64,000 nt of DNA from a virus. The notes under the pieces were generated by a model. It made no database searches. It was not told the origin of the DNA and saw nothing but the letters and a program-made list of their open reading frames with translations. The DNA is taken from the IMG/VR virus record IMGVR_UViG_3300047552_000910, positions 1 through 64,000 of that record. One strand, 5' to 3'. A program made the translations under genes and the position numbers. Shown here in pieces: positions 19,459-29,486 of this stretch (positions are counted from its first letter, which is position 1; the number at the start of each line of letters is the position of its first letter).

Positions 19459-19927
19459 ATTTTTCGATTACGCAAGTTTCTCCGACCATTTGATTCGTTA
19501 AATTAAACTGAGGTAGAAATGAATTGATTTCTATTTTAGTATCACAATTATATTTCCCCTTAATTCTAGTAATATACATTTTTTCTATTACGGGTATTGC
19601 TTGTAAAAGCAAATTGCCCCCGCCAATTACAAATATATTTTTTTCGGGCCACATTTCTTGGAGTGTAAGCAAATTTTGGCAAATATCACCATTAATTGTT
19701 TCAACTGGAAACTTTGCCGGAGCCTGCCTTGTAGCAACAATATTAATTCGATTAGGTAACGGTTTAGGCATTCCAGTGGAATTCCATGTATTAGAACCCA
19801 TTACTACTACGTGATTTAATGTAGTAGACTTAAACCAAAACATATCTTCCTTGTTAACAGGCCACGGCATGGAACCGTTAAGCCCCATGCCGTTTTCTTC
19901 GTCTATTGCAAAAATTGCAATTAACAT
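19442..19927 (-). CDS. folA: Dihydrofolate reductase
   Basis: G.NGSMPW, VVMG..TW, PLPNRINIV and VIGGG motifs; adjacent to thyA. Confidence 0.93.
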   Translation of the reverse strand: MLIAIFAIDEENGMGLNGSMPWPVNKEDMFWFKSTTLNHVVVMGSNTWNSTGMPKPLPNRINIVATRQAPAKFPVETINGDICQNLLTLQEMWPEKNIFVIGGGNLLLQAIPVIEKMYITRIKGKYNCDTKIEINSFLPQFNLTNQMVGETCVIEKYERIS

Positions 19928-20649
19928 TCGCCGAGGATGTCAGTTATTGCTGCAACAGTAGAAGTTTTAGGTGCACGAGCAGAACAGGCTTTCGATGCTA
20001 CGGACGGTGCTAGTCCGTTAGCAATTTTCCGGTAACTATTTGCTACTCTAAATAACTTATTCGCAGCAGCACGATATCTATCAGCTTTTTCTTCTGCAGA
20101 AAGTTCTTGCACAGTTGTTTCGAAATCAATTGGTACAAGATCTTCAACTGTTTTGAGGTGCGACGTTTCGTCCATTTCATCGGCTAACTTAGCAGCAACC
20201 GCGGCCTTTGGTGTTTCTTCTACCTTTGGTACTTCTTTCTTCGGAGTCTGCGCACTGTCGTCGGATTTGATAGCTAGTTCGTCTACCGGAATAGCCCGTT
20301 GATCTGCAATCATTTGATTAAGTTCTGATAACAAAATCTTAACATTTGAATTAGGAATCATTTCTACAGCATCGGTGGGCACTTTAATTAGCTTGCCCGC
20401 TACGTGTAATGCTGGTAGCATTGTGCTGCCGTCAGGAAACTGTGTTCTCGCCATTGCTTCTGCAAATTCAACAGCAGATTGACCAGCCGGACTCTCCACT
20501 AAATTAATAAGAGCATCGTGATAATCGTCTGCTAAGTTTTCTGTAGGAACGATAAGACAATTATACGCATCTCCTGGCAATGTTCGGTATGCAACCAAAC
20601 ATTTACGGTTAGTAGCAATTAAGCGCCCCACATGTTTGATGTTTGCCAT
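19921..20649 (-). CDS. Hypothetical phage protein
   Basis: 242-aa ORF tightly packed in the operon. Confidence 0.7.
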   Translation of the reverse strand: MANIKHVGRLIATNRKCLVAYRTLPGDAYNCLIVPTENLADDYHDALINLVESPAGQSAVEFAEAMARTQFPDGSTMLPALHVAGKLIKVPTDAVEMIPNSNVKILLSELNQMIADQRAIPVDELAIKSDDSAQTPKKEVPKVEETPKAAVAAKLADEMDETSHLKTVEDLVPIDFETTVQELSAEEKADRYRAAANKLFRVANSYRKIANGLAPSVASKACSARAPKTSTVAAITDILGEC

Positions 20650-20897
20650 TATTCTTCCTCAGTTGTAGAAGGCTGCGCTGGTTGATGCTTTTCTATAGCC
20701 TCTAAGAATCGAGATAGCTTATCATAAATTTGGCCGATTGCAGTCATTTCGTTTGCACGAAATGCACCGCGGGTAGTTGCAACATCGACCACATTCTTCA
20801 ACGCAACTAAGTCGTTAATATTTAATTCAGCAATAGCGGGTTGCGCATTGTCTTCGAGAGTCTCGTTGGAAACTTCGTTTGTTACTTCTTCGGTCAT
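20649..20897 (-). CDS. Hypothetical protein
   Basis: Likely start MTEEV at 20897 after a GAGGA RBS; DL..L..VVDVATTRGAFRA.E motif. Confidence 0.65.
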   Translation of the reverse strand: MTEEVTNEVSNETLEDNAQPAIAELNINDLVALKNVVDVATTRGAFRANEMTAIGQIYDKLSRFLEAIEKHQPAQPSTTEEE

Positions 20898-20911
20898 TTT
20901 GTTTTCCTCTT

Positions 20912-21184
20912 TTAAGTTAAGTGCGGACAAGACAGCACAAGCATACTTAGCTCTTTCCTGTCTTCAAATCCTAGTTTATTATAATACACGATACTTGAAT
21001 TTTCTACTTGTACAATCGGTAAACAATAGTATCGCCCAGTTAAATTATTATGAATCCAATTGATTAGTTCAGTAACTATACTTGTTTCATAAATAATCAT
21101 TGAACTAAATGTTGGAACTGCATACTTTACTCGTCGCATGTTAAAATAATTTAACGGATTGGGTTTAAGTATTCGTTGAGTCAT
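20912..21184 (-). CDS. Hypothetical protein
   Basis: 90-aa ORF in the operon. Confidence 0.6.
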   Translation of the reverse strand: MTQRILKPNPLNYFNMRRVKYAVPTFSSMIIYETSIVTELINWIHNNLTGRYYCLPIVQVENSSIVYYNKLGFEDRKELSMLVLSCPHLT

Positions 21185-21198
21185 ATATTTATACTAAA

Positions 21199-22362
21199 TC
21201 AACTTAGTTCCGAATAGTCTACAGTAATACCATGCGGAGCCTCAAATCCGGGCCGCCCGTGATTAATAAAAATTGTTGGGCAATACGACTCTTCGCCAAA
21301 CGAGCCAAAGTCATACATGTCGGAAAACATAATAAATCTTTTAGGGACAATATCATTTTCTCTCATATAATCCCAGTTACATTGAAAGTTTGTGCCACCA
21401 CCACCCTTCAACTTATAATCTAAAAATGTTTCCATGTTATACGCATTGAACGTTTCTTCGTTATAAACCCTAGTGTCAAACGTCCACAACTTTATTTGAA
21501 AGTCTTGATACTCTTCCATGATGCCTTTAATTTCTGATAAGAAGTCTTGGCATTGTTTATCACTAATCGAACCTGACAAATCTATGCTAACAGCAATGTC
21601 GATAGTGTCGGTGTAATTAGTTCCGGGTAGTATTGCAGTAGTGTGCCACCCTTTTCTATTAGGACGCATAAAACTATAATCATTCTTCACAGTACTTTGA
21701 ATTTGTTGGCGGAGCAACTCTCGCCAATTCATCTTTCTTTCGGTGATATCTCTAATTAAGCGTTCTATTGCACCAGGAACAGTGCCCGCAGCTTGTGCAG
21801 CTTGCAACGTGGCTTCGTACAATTCGTCGCGAATTGTAGCTAGTTCCTCTTTAGAATAAACAGGGCGGCCGTTGCCAGTATCCTTGTCCCATTCCATGTG
21901 CTCGTCAATGAGCTGGCCGAGCTTATTCAGCGATTCCTCGTCGTATTCTTTGTATATAATGTCGTATACTTGCTCGGCGCACATGCCTTTATATTTAGTG
22001 TCATGAAACGGCTTAGTTTCCTTAGGCACATCGCCGATTTTATCTTGAATCAGTATGCCGTTTACACAATAATCGGCGGCAATATTAAAGATTTTCTTAT
22101 GACGATTTTCGTATCTGCCCATATGGTCAAAAACATTATGCAGTATTTCGTGACAGAGAACGAACTCTACCTCTTTGATAGACATTTTATCAAAAAAATC
22201 ACGATTAAAGTAGATATGCCTGCCGTCCGTGGCAGCAGTATCACACCAGTCATTGTTTTCTACAATTTTCAAACGAGTAGCCATGTTACCAAAGTAAGAG
22301 TGCTTTAACAGCAATCCAACGCGAGCAGTAATGATTTTTTCAATGACTGGATCTGACATCAT
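21199..22362 (-). CDS. Metallopeptidase-like plus VWA domain protein (DUF2201 type)
   Basis: TAATDG, HEILH (HExxH), DLSGS MIDAS, GGGGTNF. Confidence 0.88.
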   Translation of the reverse strand: MMSDPVIEKIITARVGLLLKHSYFGNMATRLKIVENNDWCDTAATDGRHIYFNRDFFDKMSIKEVEFVLCHEILHNVFDHMGRYENRHKKIFNIAADYCVNGILIQDKIGDVPKETKPFHDTKYKGMCAEQVYDIIYKEYDEESLNKLGQLIDEHMEWDKDTGNGRPVYSKEELATIRDELYEATLQAAQAAGTVPGAIERLIRDITERKMNWRELLRQQIQSTVKNDYSFMRPNRKGWHTTAILPGTNYTDTIDIAVSIDLSGSISDKQCQDFLSEIKGIMEEYQDFQIKLWTFDTRVYNEETFNAYNMETFLDYKLKGGGGTNFQCNWDYMRENDIVPKRFIMFSDMYDFGSFGEESYCPTIFINHGRPGFEAPHGITVDYSELS

Positions 22363-22374
22363 AATACTCCTTGA

Positions 22375-23463
22375 TTAGTGAGAAATAGCAGCAACAATAT
22401 AAGAGCCGAATCGATTATGAAATTCGTCGAAGCAATCGATTTCATTCGGGTCCATTGGAAGACCATACTTCTTTAGTGCAAGACGGGCGCCAAGAATAAC
22501 AAGTTCGGTCTCAAAGTTGTCCATCATAAACCTAAAAAAGTTATTAACTTGCTTGCTCCAATCCTTAGCTCCAGCATCGCATGCTTCCTTCAGCTCGTAA
22601 CAAAGATTAATAGTCATAGAATACATAGCGGAAATTTCTTTAGTACTCAGTTTAGTGACTTTTCCTGATAGCACGTCACGGGGATCTGGCAGCTTAGAAG
22701 ACACTTTGCGATGCGCCATGAACTTGATAGCAAGTCCGTCTCCAACTGTGCCCGAGGTGAGATCCGTCAGTGTAGTATCGTCTGTATCGTTATCAGTTAG
22801 CAATTCCGACACAAATGTCCACGAGCGAGGAGTAGCAAACGCCTTACCGGAGCTCTTTGGATCAAAGTCGTGAAGATCCTTCTTATTAAGAGTAAGAAAA
22901 CCAATAACATCGGTGTGCAGTTTGTTAGTGACAGCCCAATCGAACCAATCATCCCAGTTAACGCGAATTTCAAGGTGAATAAACCTGTTACTAAGCGGAG
23001 CAGGCATTCTAAAAGTAACACCTCGGTCAGTTTCACGATTGCCCGCAGCAACAATAATGGTGTTGTTCGGCAAACGATATTGGCCAATCCTTCTATTAAG
23101 GATAAGTTGGTAAGCAGCCGCTTGTACTGCGGGAGGAGCAGAATTCATTTCGTCAAGAAACAAAATAACATGCGGGTGCTTGGAGGCAAGTTCTTCGTTC
23201 GGCAGTTCAGCTGGAGGTGCCCAAACCATAGTATTTGAGTTAGAGTCGAAGTACGGAATTCCTTTAATATCAGTTGGGTCCCACAAAGACAGCCTAACGT
23301 CGATAACGTGTGCAGACATTTCTTCGCCGAGCTGTTTGATAATGTCAGACTTACCGACGCCGGGCTCGCCCCACAAAAAGATAGGACGTTTGCTCTTGAA
23401 GGCTTTACGAAGACTTTTCTTAGCAGCGGAAGGCCCAACAGTACGTCCGATAATGTCACTCAT
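22375..23463 (-). CDS. MoxR/dynein-related AAA+ ATPase
   Basis: GEPGVGKS Walker A, LFLDEMN Walker B, AAGN, NRF; paired with the VWA gene. Confidence 0.9.
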   Translation of the reverse strand: MSDIIGRTVGPSAAKKSLRKAFKSKRPIFLWGEPGVGKSDIIKQLGEEMSAHVIDVRLSLWDPTDIKGIPYFDSNSNTMVWAPPAELPNEELASKHPHVILFLDEMNSAPPAVQAAAYQLILNRRIGQYRLPNNTIIVAAGNRETDRGVTFRMPAPLSNRFIHLEIRVNWDDWFDWAVTNKLHTDVIGFLTLNKKDLHDFDPKSSGKAFATPRSWTFVSELLTDNDTDDTTLTDLTSGTVGDGLAIKFMAHRKVSSKLPDPRDVLSGKVTKLSTKEISAMYSMTINLCYELKEACDAGAKDWSKQVNNFFRFMMDNFETELVILGARLALKKYGLPMDPNEIDCFDEFHNRFGSYIVAAISH

Positions 23464-23507
23464 TTTATATTCCTGTGTTTATTTACAAAAGTTGTTGCAG
23501 TAGTGTA

Positions 23508-23536
23508 ATTATAGTACAATTCCGATAAGCTGTCAA
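23508..23536 (-). promoter_or_regulatory. Sigma70-type early promoter
   Basis: Perfect TTGACA-N17-TATAAT on the minus strand upstream of the AAA ATPase. Confidence 0.85.
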
Positions 23537-23913
23537 CTACGACCTCGTACAGCTTTACGAAGTGCAAATTTATTAATGTCGTCGGTAAACATTAGAAGTT
23601 CCACTCCTTTTTTTTCAGAAAAAACTATGATACTATTGTTAGTGAGATAGTATGGGCAATCCATAGTTTTTTCGAGGAATATAATAGTTAACGGACTAAG
23701 TATTGTGCCGGGCGCAAACGGAATTTCGTATGATTTGAGTTTTAACTCTTCAGTAAGAAATAATATACCTTCGTTGGATAATCTAAATGAGTTATCTATA
23801 TTAACCCTAGTGGATTTCCACCATTTCCTAGAATACATTTTAAGGTTGACGTCGTCAACACTTTTATCTGATTGTTTAAGGAAAATTTTAGTTAGTTCGT
23901 CTCGGGTAATCAT
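23533..23913 (-). CDS. Hypothetical protein
   Basis: 126-aa ORF in the operon. Confidence 0.65.
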   Translation of the reverse strand: MITRDELTKIFLKQSDKSVDDVNLKMYSRKWWKSTRVNIDNSFRLSNEGILFLTEELKLKSYEIPFAPGTILSPLTIIFLEKTMDCPYYLTNNSIIVFSEKKGVELLMFTDDINKFALRKAVRGRS

Positions 23914-23915
23914 AG

Positions 23916-24155
23916 TTAATCGCCAAACTTGCCGCCATCCATGTTAACAGAAACAACTCCAGTATTGTTTTTTATTGTTGAGATCACTTCGTCTTGGTTA
24001 GACAACAACTTTGACATCATCTCGTTTAATGTCAGGCTAATTAATCTAGCCTGTTGCATAGTGATTTGAATGTTAACTTGCTTATTTAATTCAGCCGCTC
24101 GAACTAATTGAATAAATTTTATAATAGGCGACATATTGATTTGATTTTGTAGCAT
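23916..24155 (-). CDS. Hypothetical protein
   Basis: 79-aa ORF ending MDGGKF. Confidence 0.6.
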   Translation of the reverse strand: MLQNQINMSPIIKFIQLVRAAELNKQVNIQITMQQARLISLTLNEMMSKLLSNQDEVISTIKNNTGVVSVNMDGGKFGD

Positions 24156-25175
24156 TTACACATACCTTGCTTGGAATGGCATAGCGTATTGCTCAATATT
24201 GTCAGAGATCCGTTTCATATCAAATTTATTACAAAATTTTAACATATGAATGCCTACTTGAGTTACTGCTTTTGGGGTAGAATTATTTTTAATAGTTTCC
24301 GTAATAAGTTGTTTAATATTATCCGGTTGTGCTGTAAGATCAATTAGCATTTTGTTTCTCGAATAATCGTCTAATACCCGATGATCCACTCCTTCATGAT
24401 CCACCCACCGTTGTAATTGTAAGTTATTCCAAGCCCACCCTTTATTGTTTCTGTCAGCAAATGCCTCCAATAACCCTACCTTATTCTTAGAACCTTTTAG
24501 CCTAACTCCAGGAAATGCCGAAAATACATTATCACCCGGGTCGCCTGTCATGCATTTTAAAAAAAGAGCAAGAGAAATCCAGTCTTCTTGTGGAGTAAAG
24601 TTGTTGTCAACTTTACCGATTTTTAATTTAGAATTTCTCTCTACGGTAAATGCCAATTTTTGCTTTTTATCATTGAAGACACCGTTGTGTGTAATTAAAT
24701 GTCCAGTTACTCCATTATATTGTTTAACATTGGTGTCGATTAATTGTACAAAATCGCTATCTGTTGATACAATAATATGCTGATCATCGGGGTGATGTTG
24801 AATCCACCCAGCAATTAAGTCATCTGCTTCGAGTTGTGGGTGCTGAAGAACTGTGCAATTTGTTTTTTCCGTAACAAAAGTTTTAATTTCATCAAATGCT
24901 TCCCAAAATAATGCATCTTCTTCTTGTTCGGCGGGAGACAATGCATTTCTTGCTACAGTTCTATTTTTTTTGTACGGAGAATATGCCTCTTTACGCCACG
25001 AGCGTCCTTCGAGACAAATTACAGTATGATCCCCGTGAAAATCACTCCATGCTTTTTTAATAGAATTAAATATTACATGAAATGCCATTCCTATTTTTAG
25101 ATCAGCATTACCTTGTACTGCATGTCTCGCCCTAAAAAATAAGTTTGCTGCGTCCAATAAGATGTATGTTGCCAT
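24156..25175 (-). CDS. rnh: RNase H / 5'-3' exonuclease (FEN-like, T4 rnh type)
   Basis: LLDAANLFFR, YKKNR, EADDLI, STDSDF and GDPGDNV motifs. Confidence 0.88.
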   Translation of the reverse strand: MATYILLDAANLFFRARHAVQGNADLKIGMAFHVIFNSIKKAWSDFHGDHTVICLEGRSWRKEAYSPYKKNRTVARNALSPAEQEEDALFWEAFDEIKTFVTEKTNCTVLQHPQLEADDLIAGWIQHHPDDQHIIVSTDSDFVQLIDTNVKQYNGVTGHLITHNGVFNDKKQKLAFTVERNSKLKIGKVDNNFTPQEDWISLALFLKCMTGDPGDNVFSAFPGVRLKGSKNKVGLLEAFADRNNKGWAWNNLQLQRWVDHEGVDHRVLDDYSRNKMLIDLTAQPDNIKQLITETIKNNSTPKAVTQVGIHMLKFCNKFDMKRISDNIEQYAMPFQARYV

Positions 25176-25197
25176 TCGGTAGATATTCCGTTATAAG

Positions 25198-25617
25198 TTA
25201 AGTATGAGAATTTTTCAGTTTTTCTAAGTTTGCTAAGTCAACAAACCCAGCTTGCCGAGTAGCATCCATTCCTTCGTCTGAAAATATATTTCTTGCTAAA
25301 TCCCTAAACCATCTGTCGATAATACCTTCTTCGGTGTCCCCGTCAACTCCATACCCTTCTTTTTTAAGTTGAATAATAAAATATTCATTCCAGTCTAATT
25401 CAAAAAAACCATTGTTTGCATTAGTTGTATTAATGTGAGTTTTTATAACATCAACCCACGGTTCTTTTCTTGCAGTAGCTACTTCTTTTGCAACTAACTT
25501 AGCCGTTACCAGGTCCACTGACTGCTTTTTTTTACTAGGCTGTTGCTCTTCTAATGCTGCCAATTTATCTAATGCTAAATTTAGAGCATTTTCCAGCTTT
25601 TTAAGTTTTGCTTTCAT
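25198..25617 (-). CDS. Hypothetical protein
   Basis: 139-aa ORF with GFFELDWN motif. Confidence 0.65.
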   Translation of the reverse strand: MKAKLKKLENALNLALDKLAALEEQQPSKKKQSVDLVTAKLVAKEVATARKEPWVDVIKTHINTTNANNGFFELDWNEYFIIQLKKEGYGVDGDTEEGIIDRWFRDLARNIFSDEGMDATRQAGFVDLANLEKLKNSHT

Positions 25618-26258
25618 TGGAAATTCCTAATCGGTTGATTATATTGTTTACCTTTGATTATAACTAACATGCTATCGTAAAAGTGAACGGATTCAATATT
25701 TGAAACATCGATACCACTATCAAGTGAATTTCGAAGATGTTGTTCATTAATAACATCGATTAGTTTTTTTGAAAATTCTATCATCGAATCGGCGTTTTTA
25801 TATCCACCACCGTATTCATTCCAGTAACTAGTATGTAAATCTTCGCAAATATAAACTCCGCCGTGCGATATTTTCGGCCACACTTTTTTTAAAGTAACTA
25901 TTTGTTGTTCCATTGTATGGCCGCCGTCATCCAAGAAACAATCAATATACGGAATATCCAATAATGTATCATCCCAAAACGCGGGATTTGATTGATCACC
26001 AATAAAAATATTATTTGCGGGTAATTGCATATTTTTTACATTTGGATTTATGTCTATTCCGTAAATAGTTGCAGAATCACCAAAAAACTTGCGCCACATC
26101 TGTATGGAACCACCGTACATTATACCGACTTCCATGAAAATAGCAGATGCTTTGTCTTTAAACTTTGAAAAATACCTATCGTACACCTCAAAGTAACTAG
26201 TCCATTTATCTGATTGTAATGTGATTACGTTATCAAAAATTTCTCTCGTAGTGCTCAT
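25614..26258 (-). CDS. Class I SAM-dependent methyltransferase (sugar O-methyltransferase-like)
   Basis: EVGIMYGGS, GIDINP, GDQS, DDGGH and GGVYICEDL motifs. Confidence 0.85.
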   Translation of the reverse strand: MSTTREIFDNVITLQSDKWTSYFEVYDRYFSKFKDKASAIFMEVGIMYGGSIQMWRKFFGDSATIYGIDINPNVKNMQLPANNIFIGDQSNPAFWDDTLLDIPYIDCFLDDGGHTMEQQIVTLKKVWPKISHGGVYICEDLHTSYWNEYGGGYKNADSMIEFSKKLIDVINEQHLRNSLDSGIDVSNIESVHFYDSMLVIIKGKQYNQPIRNFQ

Positions 26259-26266
26259 TTAATACC

Positions 26267-26491
26267 TTAATTAGTTGTAATAACAATGCCAACGCCATCG
26301 ACGTACACAACTCCTGTAACCATGATATATGCATCGTTGTTTTGAACAAATATAGGAGTAGTCATGTTTCCTTTTTGTATTTGTCCTGAAGACTTGTCTT
26401 GATTTTGTTGCCAAAGGTCAATTATCTTTTTTGAAATATCGTAAGAATCTAAAAAGTCCATACTAGCTTCCGATGACATTTCCGTATACAC
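26267..26491 (-). CDS. Hypothetical protein
   Basis: Small ORF filling the gap between queE and the methyltransferase. Confidence 0.5.
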   Translation of the reverse strand: MYTEMSSEASMDFLDSYDISKKIIDLWQQNQDKSSGQIQKGNMTTPIFVQNNDAYIMVTGVVYVDGVGIVITTN

Positions 26492-27356
26492 TCACATGAT
26501 TTCGTGTTGCTACTTTATACCCGCGTTTCATTGCATCGTTGGCAATTTCGCCAACGGTTGGTCCTTGTTGTTGTTCTACGGTTGCACCAACAGGCATAAT
26601 CCAAAGCGACCAGTTTGGATTTTCTTTTATGATATTAGTAAAACCTTCGGTATACGAGTCTATTTCATCCCAACAAGCAGCAGTTCCGTTAGCTACTAAT
26701 TTAATACAGCCTTTATCACTATATCGTGCATATTCTTCAATAATATCGAGATATACTTTATCTTTTTCGCCAGAAACAGAAAATAACTTTGGACTACATG
26801 AAATGTTAACAGTATTATCGAAGTAATTAGTAGAATTTTTAAATTCACTAGTTAATCGTTTAGTTCCGTTTGTTTCTATAGTAATAGGATATGTATCCGA
26901 ATCTGATCTGCGATTCATTTGCTCGATAATATCAAGCATTGCTTTTTGTTGTAGCATAGGTTCACCGCCAGTAAAACACAATTGAACATGTTGTCTTGTT
27001 AGCGGGTGGCACATTTCGTTGATGATGCCGAAACGTTCTCTTCCTACCGTCAATAATTGTTCTACTATTTCCTCCACCGTATAAGAATACGACAGATGTT
27101 TATATTTCTTATACCATGAATAAGAAGAATCACACCCATATTCAAATACCGGCAAGTCCTCCATTTTAGAATAATTCGATATTTTAAGTTCTTTATAAGG
27201 AAGAATATAAGTAGCCGGATTAGTTGGGTCTGCTTGATTAAATCCGTTACATTGGAGATTGCAACCGAAGAATCTAACCCACAAACTTGGCATACCTGCA
27301 TTATTTGCTTCTCCTTGAAACGAAGCAAATATTTTTTCACTTATTTTGATATTCAT
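26463..27356 (-). CDS. queE: 7-carboxy-7-deazaguanine synthase (radical SAM)
   Basis: F.SFQGE, VRFFGCNLQC...GCDS, FTGGEP, IETNGT and SPKL motifs. Confidence 0.9.
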   Translation of the reverse strand: MNIKISEKIFASFQGEANNAGMPSLWVRFFGCNLQCNGFNQADPTNPATYILPYKELKISNYSKMEDLPVFEYGCDSSYSWYKKYKHLSYSYTVEEIVEQLLTVGRERFGIINEMCHPLTRQHVQLCFTGGEPMLQQKAMLDIIEQMNRRSDSDTYPITIETNGTKRLTSEFKNSTNYFDNTVNISCSPKLFSVSGEKDKVYLDIIEEYARYSDKGCIKLVANGTAACWDEIDSYTEGFTNIIKENPNWSLWIMPVGATVEQQQGPTVGEIANDAMKRGYKVATRNHVSVYGNVIGS

Positions 27357-27385
27357 AATTGTGCCTTTTGCAGTTATACTGATAA

Positions 27386-27733
27386 CTAACTAGCAGTAGT
27401 TAGTGTTTGTTTTTTACCGCCATAATACGGCACACCTAACTTTTCTTCTAATAGAATTTCATTGATTGATGTATCAGATTCTTTTAGATAAATTTCTCCA
27501 AGGAAATAACCCCACTTAGACATTTTAAATGTTCTAAGAATTACTTCTTTGCCTAAAATTAACTCAATTAATCGGTCCTTTGCCTCATTATATCCCGCCT
27601 GGCCTCGTTCTGGTGTATCGATATTTGCCAATCGAATTCTTTGATGCGAATATATTTTAAATCCTAAGTCAACCGACAAATCTACAGTATCGCCGTCAAC
27701 TATATTCATGACCTTAGCCGAGTAATTAAACAT
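27386..27733 (-). CDS. Thermonuclease (SNase) family nuclease
   Basis: IVDGDTV, IRLANIDTPE and K.GY.LG motifs. Confidence 0.9.
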   Translation of the reverse strand: MFNYSAKVMNIVDGDTVDLSVDLGFKIYSHQRIRLANIDTPERGQAGYNEAKDRLIELILGKEVILRTFKMSKWGYFLGEIYLKESDTSINEILLEEKLGVPYYGGKKQTLTTAS

Positions 27734-28157
27734 TTATTTTTCCTTTATTTGCTCGAAACTCTTGTACATCAATAATGGCCTTCTTAAGAGTTTCTGCATA
27801 ATTTAATGCTGATTGTTGAGACATGATGAGTGCTGCTTGGTATTCGAGATATCCGTGAACCCAAATTCCGTATGTTAATTTGAGTTTAATAGCCAGAGAA
27901 TTCCAAATACCCTTCCAAAACCAATCAAAACGTTGAAGGAACCAGTTATCAATATTATAGGATTTCTTTATTGTTTCGTCCCAGTCATTTGTTGACTGTT
28001 TGGTACAAGTCATAACAGTCACGCCCATCTCATCGGCTTCGATCCAGATATTATGTTCATGATCTGGGTCGGTACAATCACATGCTACTGTATAATGTTT
28101 TGCATCTCCGTAGTCGTGATTTACTAAAATGCCTTCTGCTGGTGTTTGTGGAGTCAT
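27726..28157 (-). CDS. Hypothetical protein
   Basis: 143-aa ORF with a CxC...H motif. Confidence 0.65.
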   Translation of the reverse strand: MTPQTPAEGILVNHDYGDAKHYTVACDCTDPDHEHNIWIEADEMGVTVMTCTKQSTNDWDETIKKSYNIDNWFLQRFDWFWKGIWNSLAIKLKLTYGIWVHGYLEYQAALIMSQQSALNYAETLKKAIIDVQEFRANKGKINV

Positions 28158-28161
28158 ATTT

Positions 28162-28824
28162 CTACTCTTTGATTGCTGTTAAAAATTCATTTTTGAGATG
28201 AGGATCATCCCTAAATGTGCCGCGCATAATAGAATTAATCATTTGTGTGTCGTGTTCTTTGACACCCCGCCATGTCATACACATGTGAGTTGCTTTTAAT
28301 AAAACAGCAATTCCGCGAGGCTTCATTAACTTTTCAAGTTCATCTGCAATCATAATGACAGCTTCTTCTTGAATATGCGGGCGAGACATAACCCAATCAA
28401 TAACACGGTTAAATTTAGAAATACCAATAACCCTATCAGACGGTAAAATACCAACCCATGCCTTGCCTACAATAGGAACTAAATGGTGACTACACGCAGA
28501 TCGCACAGTAATTGGTCCCAGGATATACAACTCATCTAAGTTCTTAGCATTCGGAAAATCAGTTACTCTTGGTTGAGGATGATATCTGCCCTTAAAGACT
28601 TCGTTGATATACATTCTTGCAACACGTTGAGCTGTTTCTTTGGTATTATGATCGTTGTCGATATCGATAATTAAAGAACGCATTAATGTATCGATATTTT
28701 TAGCAACTTCTTCTTGTAGCGGCACTAATTCGTTTGGCAGTATAAATTCGCTAATGTTGTCGTTAGCGAAATATGATTTGTCGGTTTCTAAAATCCGATT
28801 TCTTATAATTTCTGATGTGTTCAT
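28162..28824 (-). CDS. folE: GTP cyclohydrolase I
   Basis: T..RVARMY, S.CSHHLVP, GISKFNR, IQE and HMCM..RGV motifs. Confidence 0.96.
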   Translation of the reverse strand: MNTSEIIRNRILETDKSYFANDNISEFILPNELVPLQEEVAKNIDTLMRSLIIDIDNDHNTKETAQRVARMYINEVFKGRYHPQPRVTDFPNAKNLDELYILGPITVRSACSHHLVPIVGKAWVGILPSDRVIGISKFNRVIDWVMSRPHIQEEAVIMIADELEKLMKPRGIAVLLKATHMCMTWRGVKEHDTQMINSIMRGTFRDDPHLKNEFLTAIKE

Positions 28825-28844
28825 AATTTTTCCCTTAAAGATAC

Positions 28845-28873
28845 ATGATATAGTATAGTATAATATATATCAA
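28845..28873 (-). promoter_or_regulatory. Sigma70-like promoter upstream of folE
   Basis: TTGATA-N17-TATCAT on the minus strand. Confidence 0.5.
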
Positions 28874-28875
28874 GT

Positions 28876-29103
28876 TTAAGAATTTAAATCTAATCCTTTT
28901 TGCTTTGTCGGCAGTTTAGACTTATTGGGTTCTTTGGGCTCTGTTTTATGATAATATATAAGTGTCACTGATATCATTGTCAAATAACCCGCAAATAATA
29001 TAACGGCCAACTTAAAATTAAATATTATTGCTGCTATGATGATAACGCAAAGCCAAATTTCTGCTATGATTACTTCCATTGGTTGCCCTAAAAAACTTTT
29101 CAT
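28876..29103 (-). CDS. Small membrane protein
   Basis: 75 aa with two hydrophobic segments. Confidence 0.6.
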   Translation of the reverse strand: MKSFLGQPMEVIIAEIWLCVIIIAAIIFNFKLAVILFAGYLTMISVTLIYYHKTEPKEPNKSKLPTKQKGLDLNS

Positions 29104-29486
29104 TTGGTTTTCCTGTTTGTATAATAATTGCCTTTAGCGGGAATACAGTTACGAATACCCCCGCGCGGATCTTCCGTATCATTTAATCTTCGAGGAATCA
29201 TATGAACATGCGGGTAATCTACCGTTTGTCCAGCAACTTCTCCTACATTTTGCCCTATGTTAAATCCAGACCACTTTCCGTCGTCCACTCCGTCACATCC
29301 CCATTTATAAGCAGCTTCGAAACATTTATATAAACAAGCAGGAGTTTTCATAACAGGAACAAATAATAAATGACCTGTGCTAACAGGGAATCCGTCAGCA
29401 AAAACCCAAAAATCGTGGCAGCGATATTCTATCTCTTTCCACGGAGCAACTCCAGTATTTAATGCTTGTTCAATATCAGAAACCAC
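29100..29486 (-). CDS. HIT-family nucleotide hydrolase
   Basis: D.FPVS.GHLL.VP, N.G.N.GE.AGQTV..PHVH.IPRR. Confidence 0.9.
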   Translation of the reverse strand: MVSDIEQALNTGVAPWKEIEYRCHDFWVFADGFPVSTGHLLFVPVMKTPACLYKCFEAAYKWGCDGVDDGKWSGFNIGQNVGEVAGQTVDYPHVHMIPRRLNDTEDPRGGIRNCIPAKGNYYTNRKTK

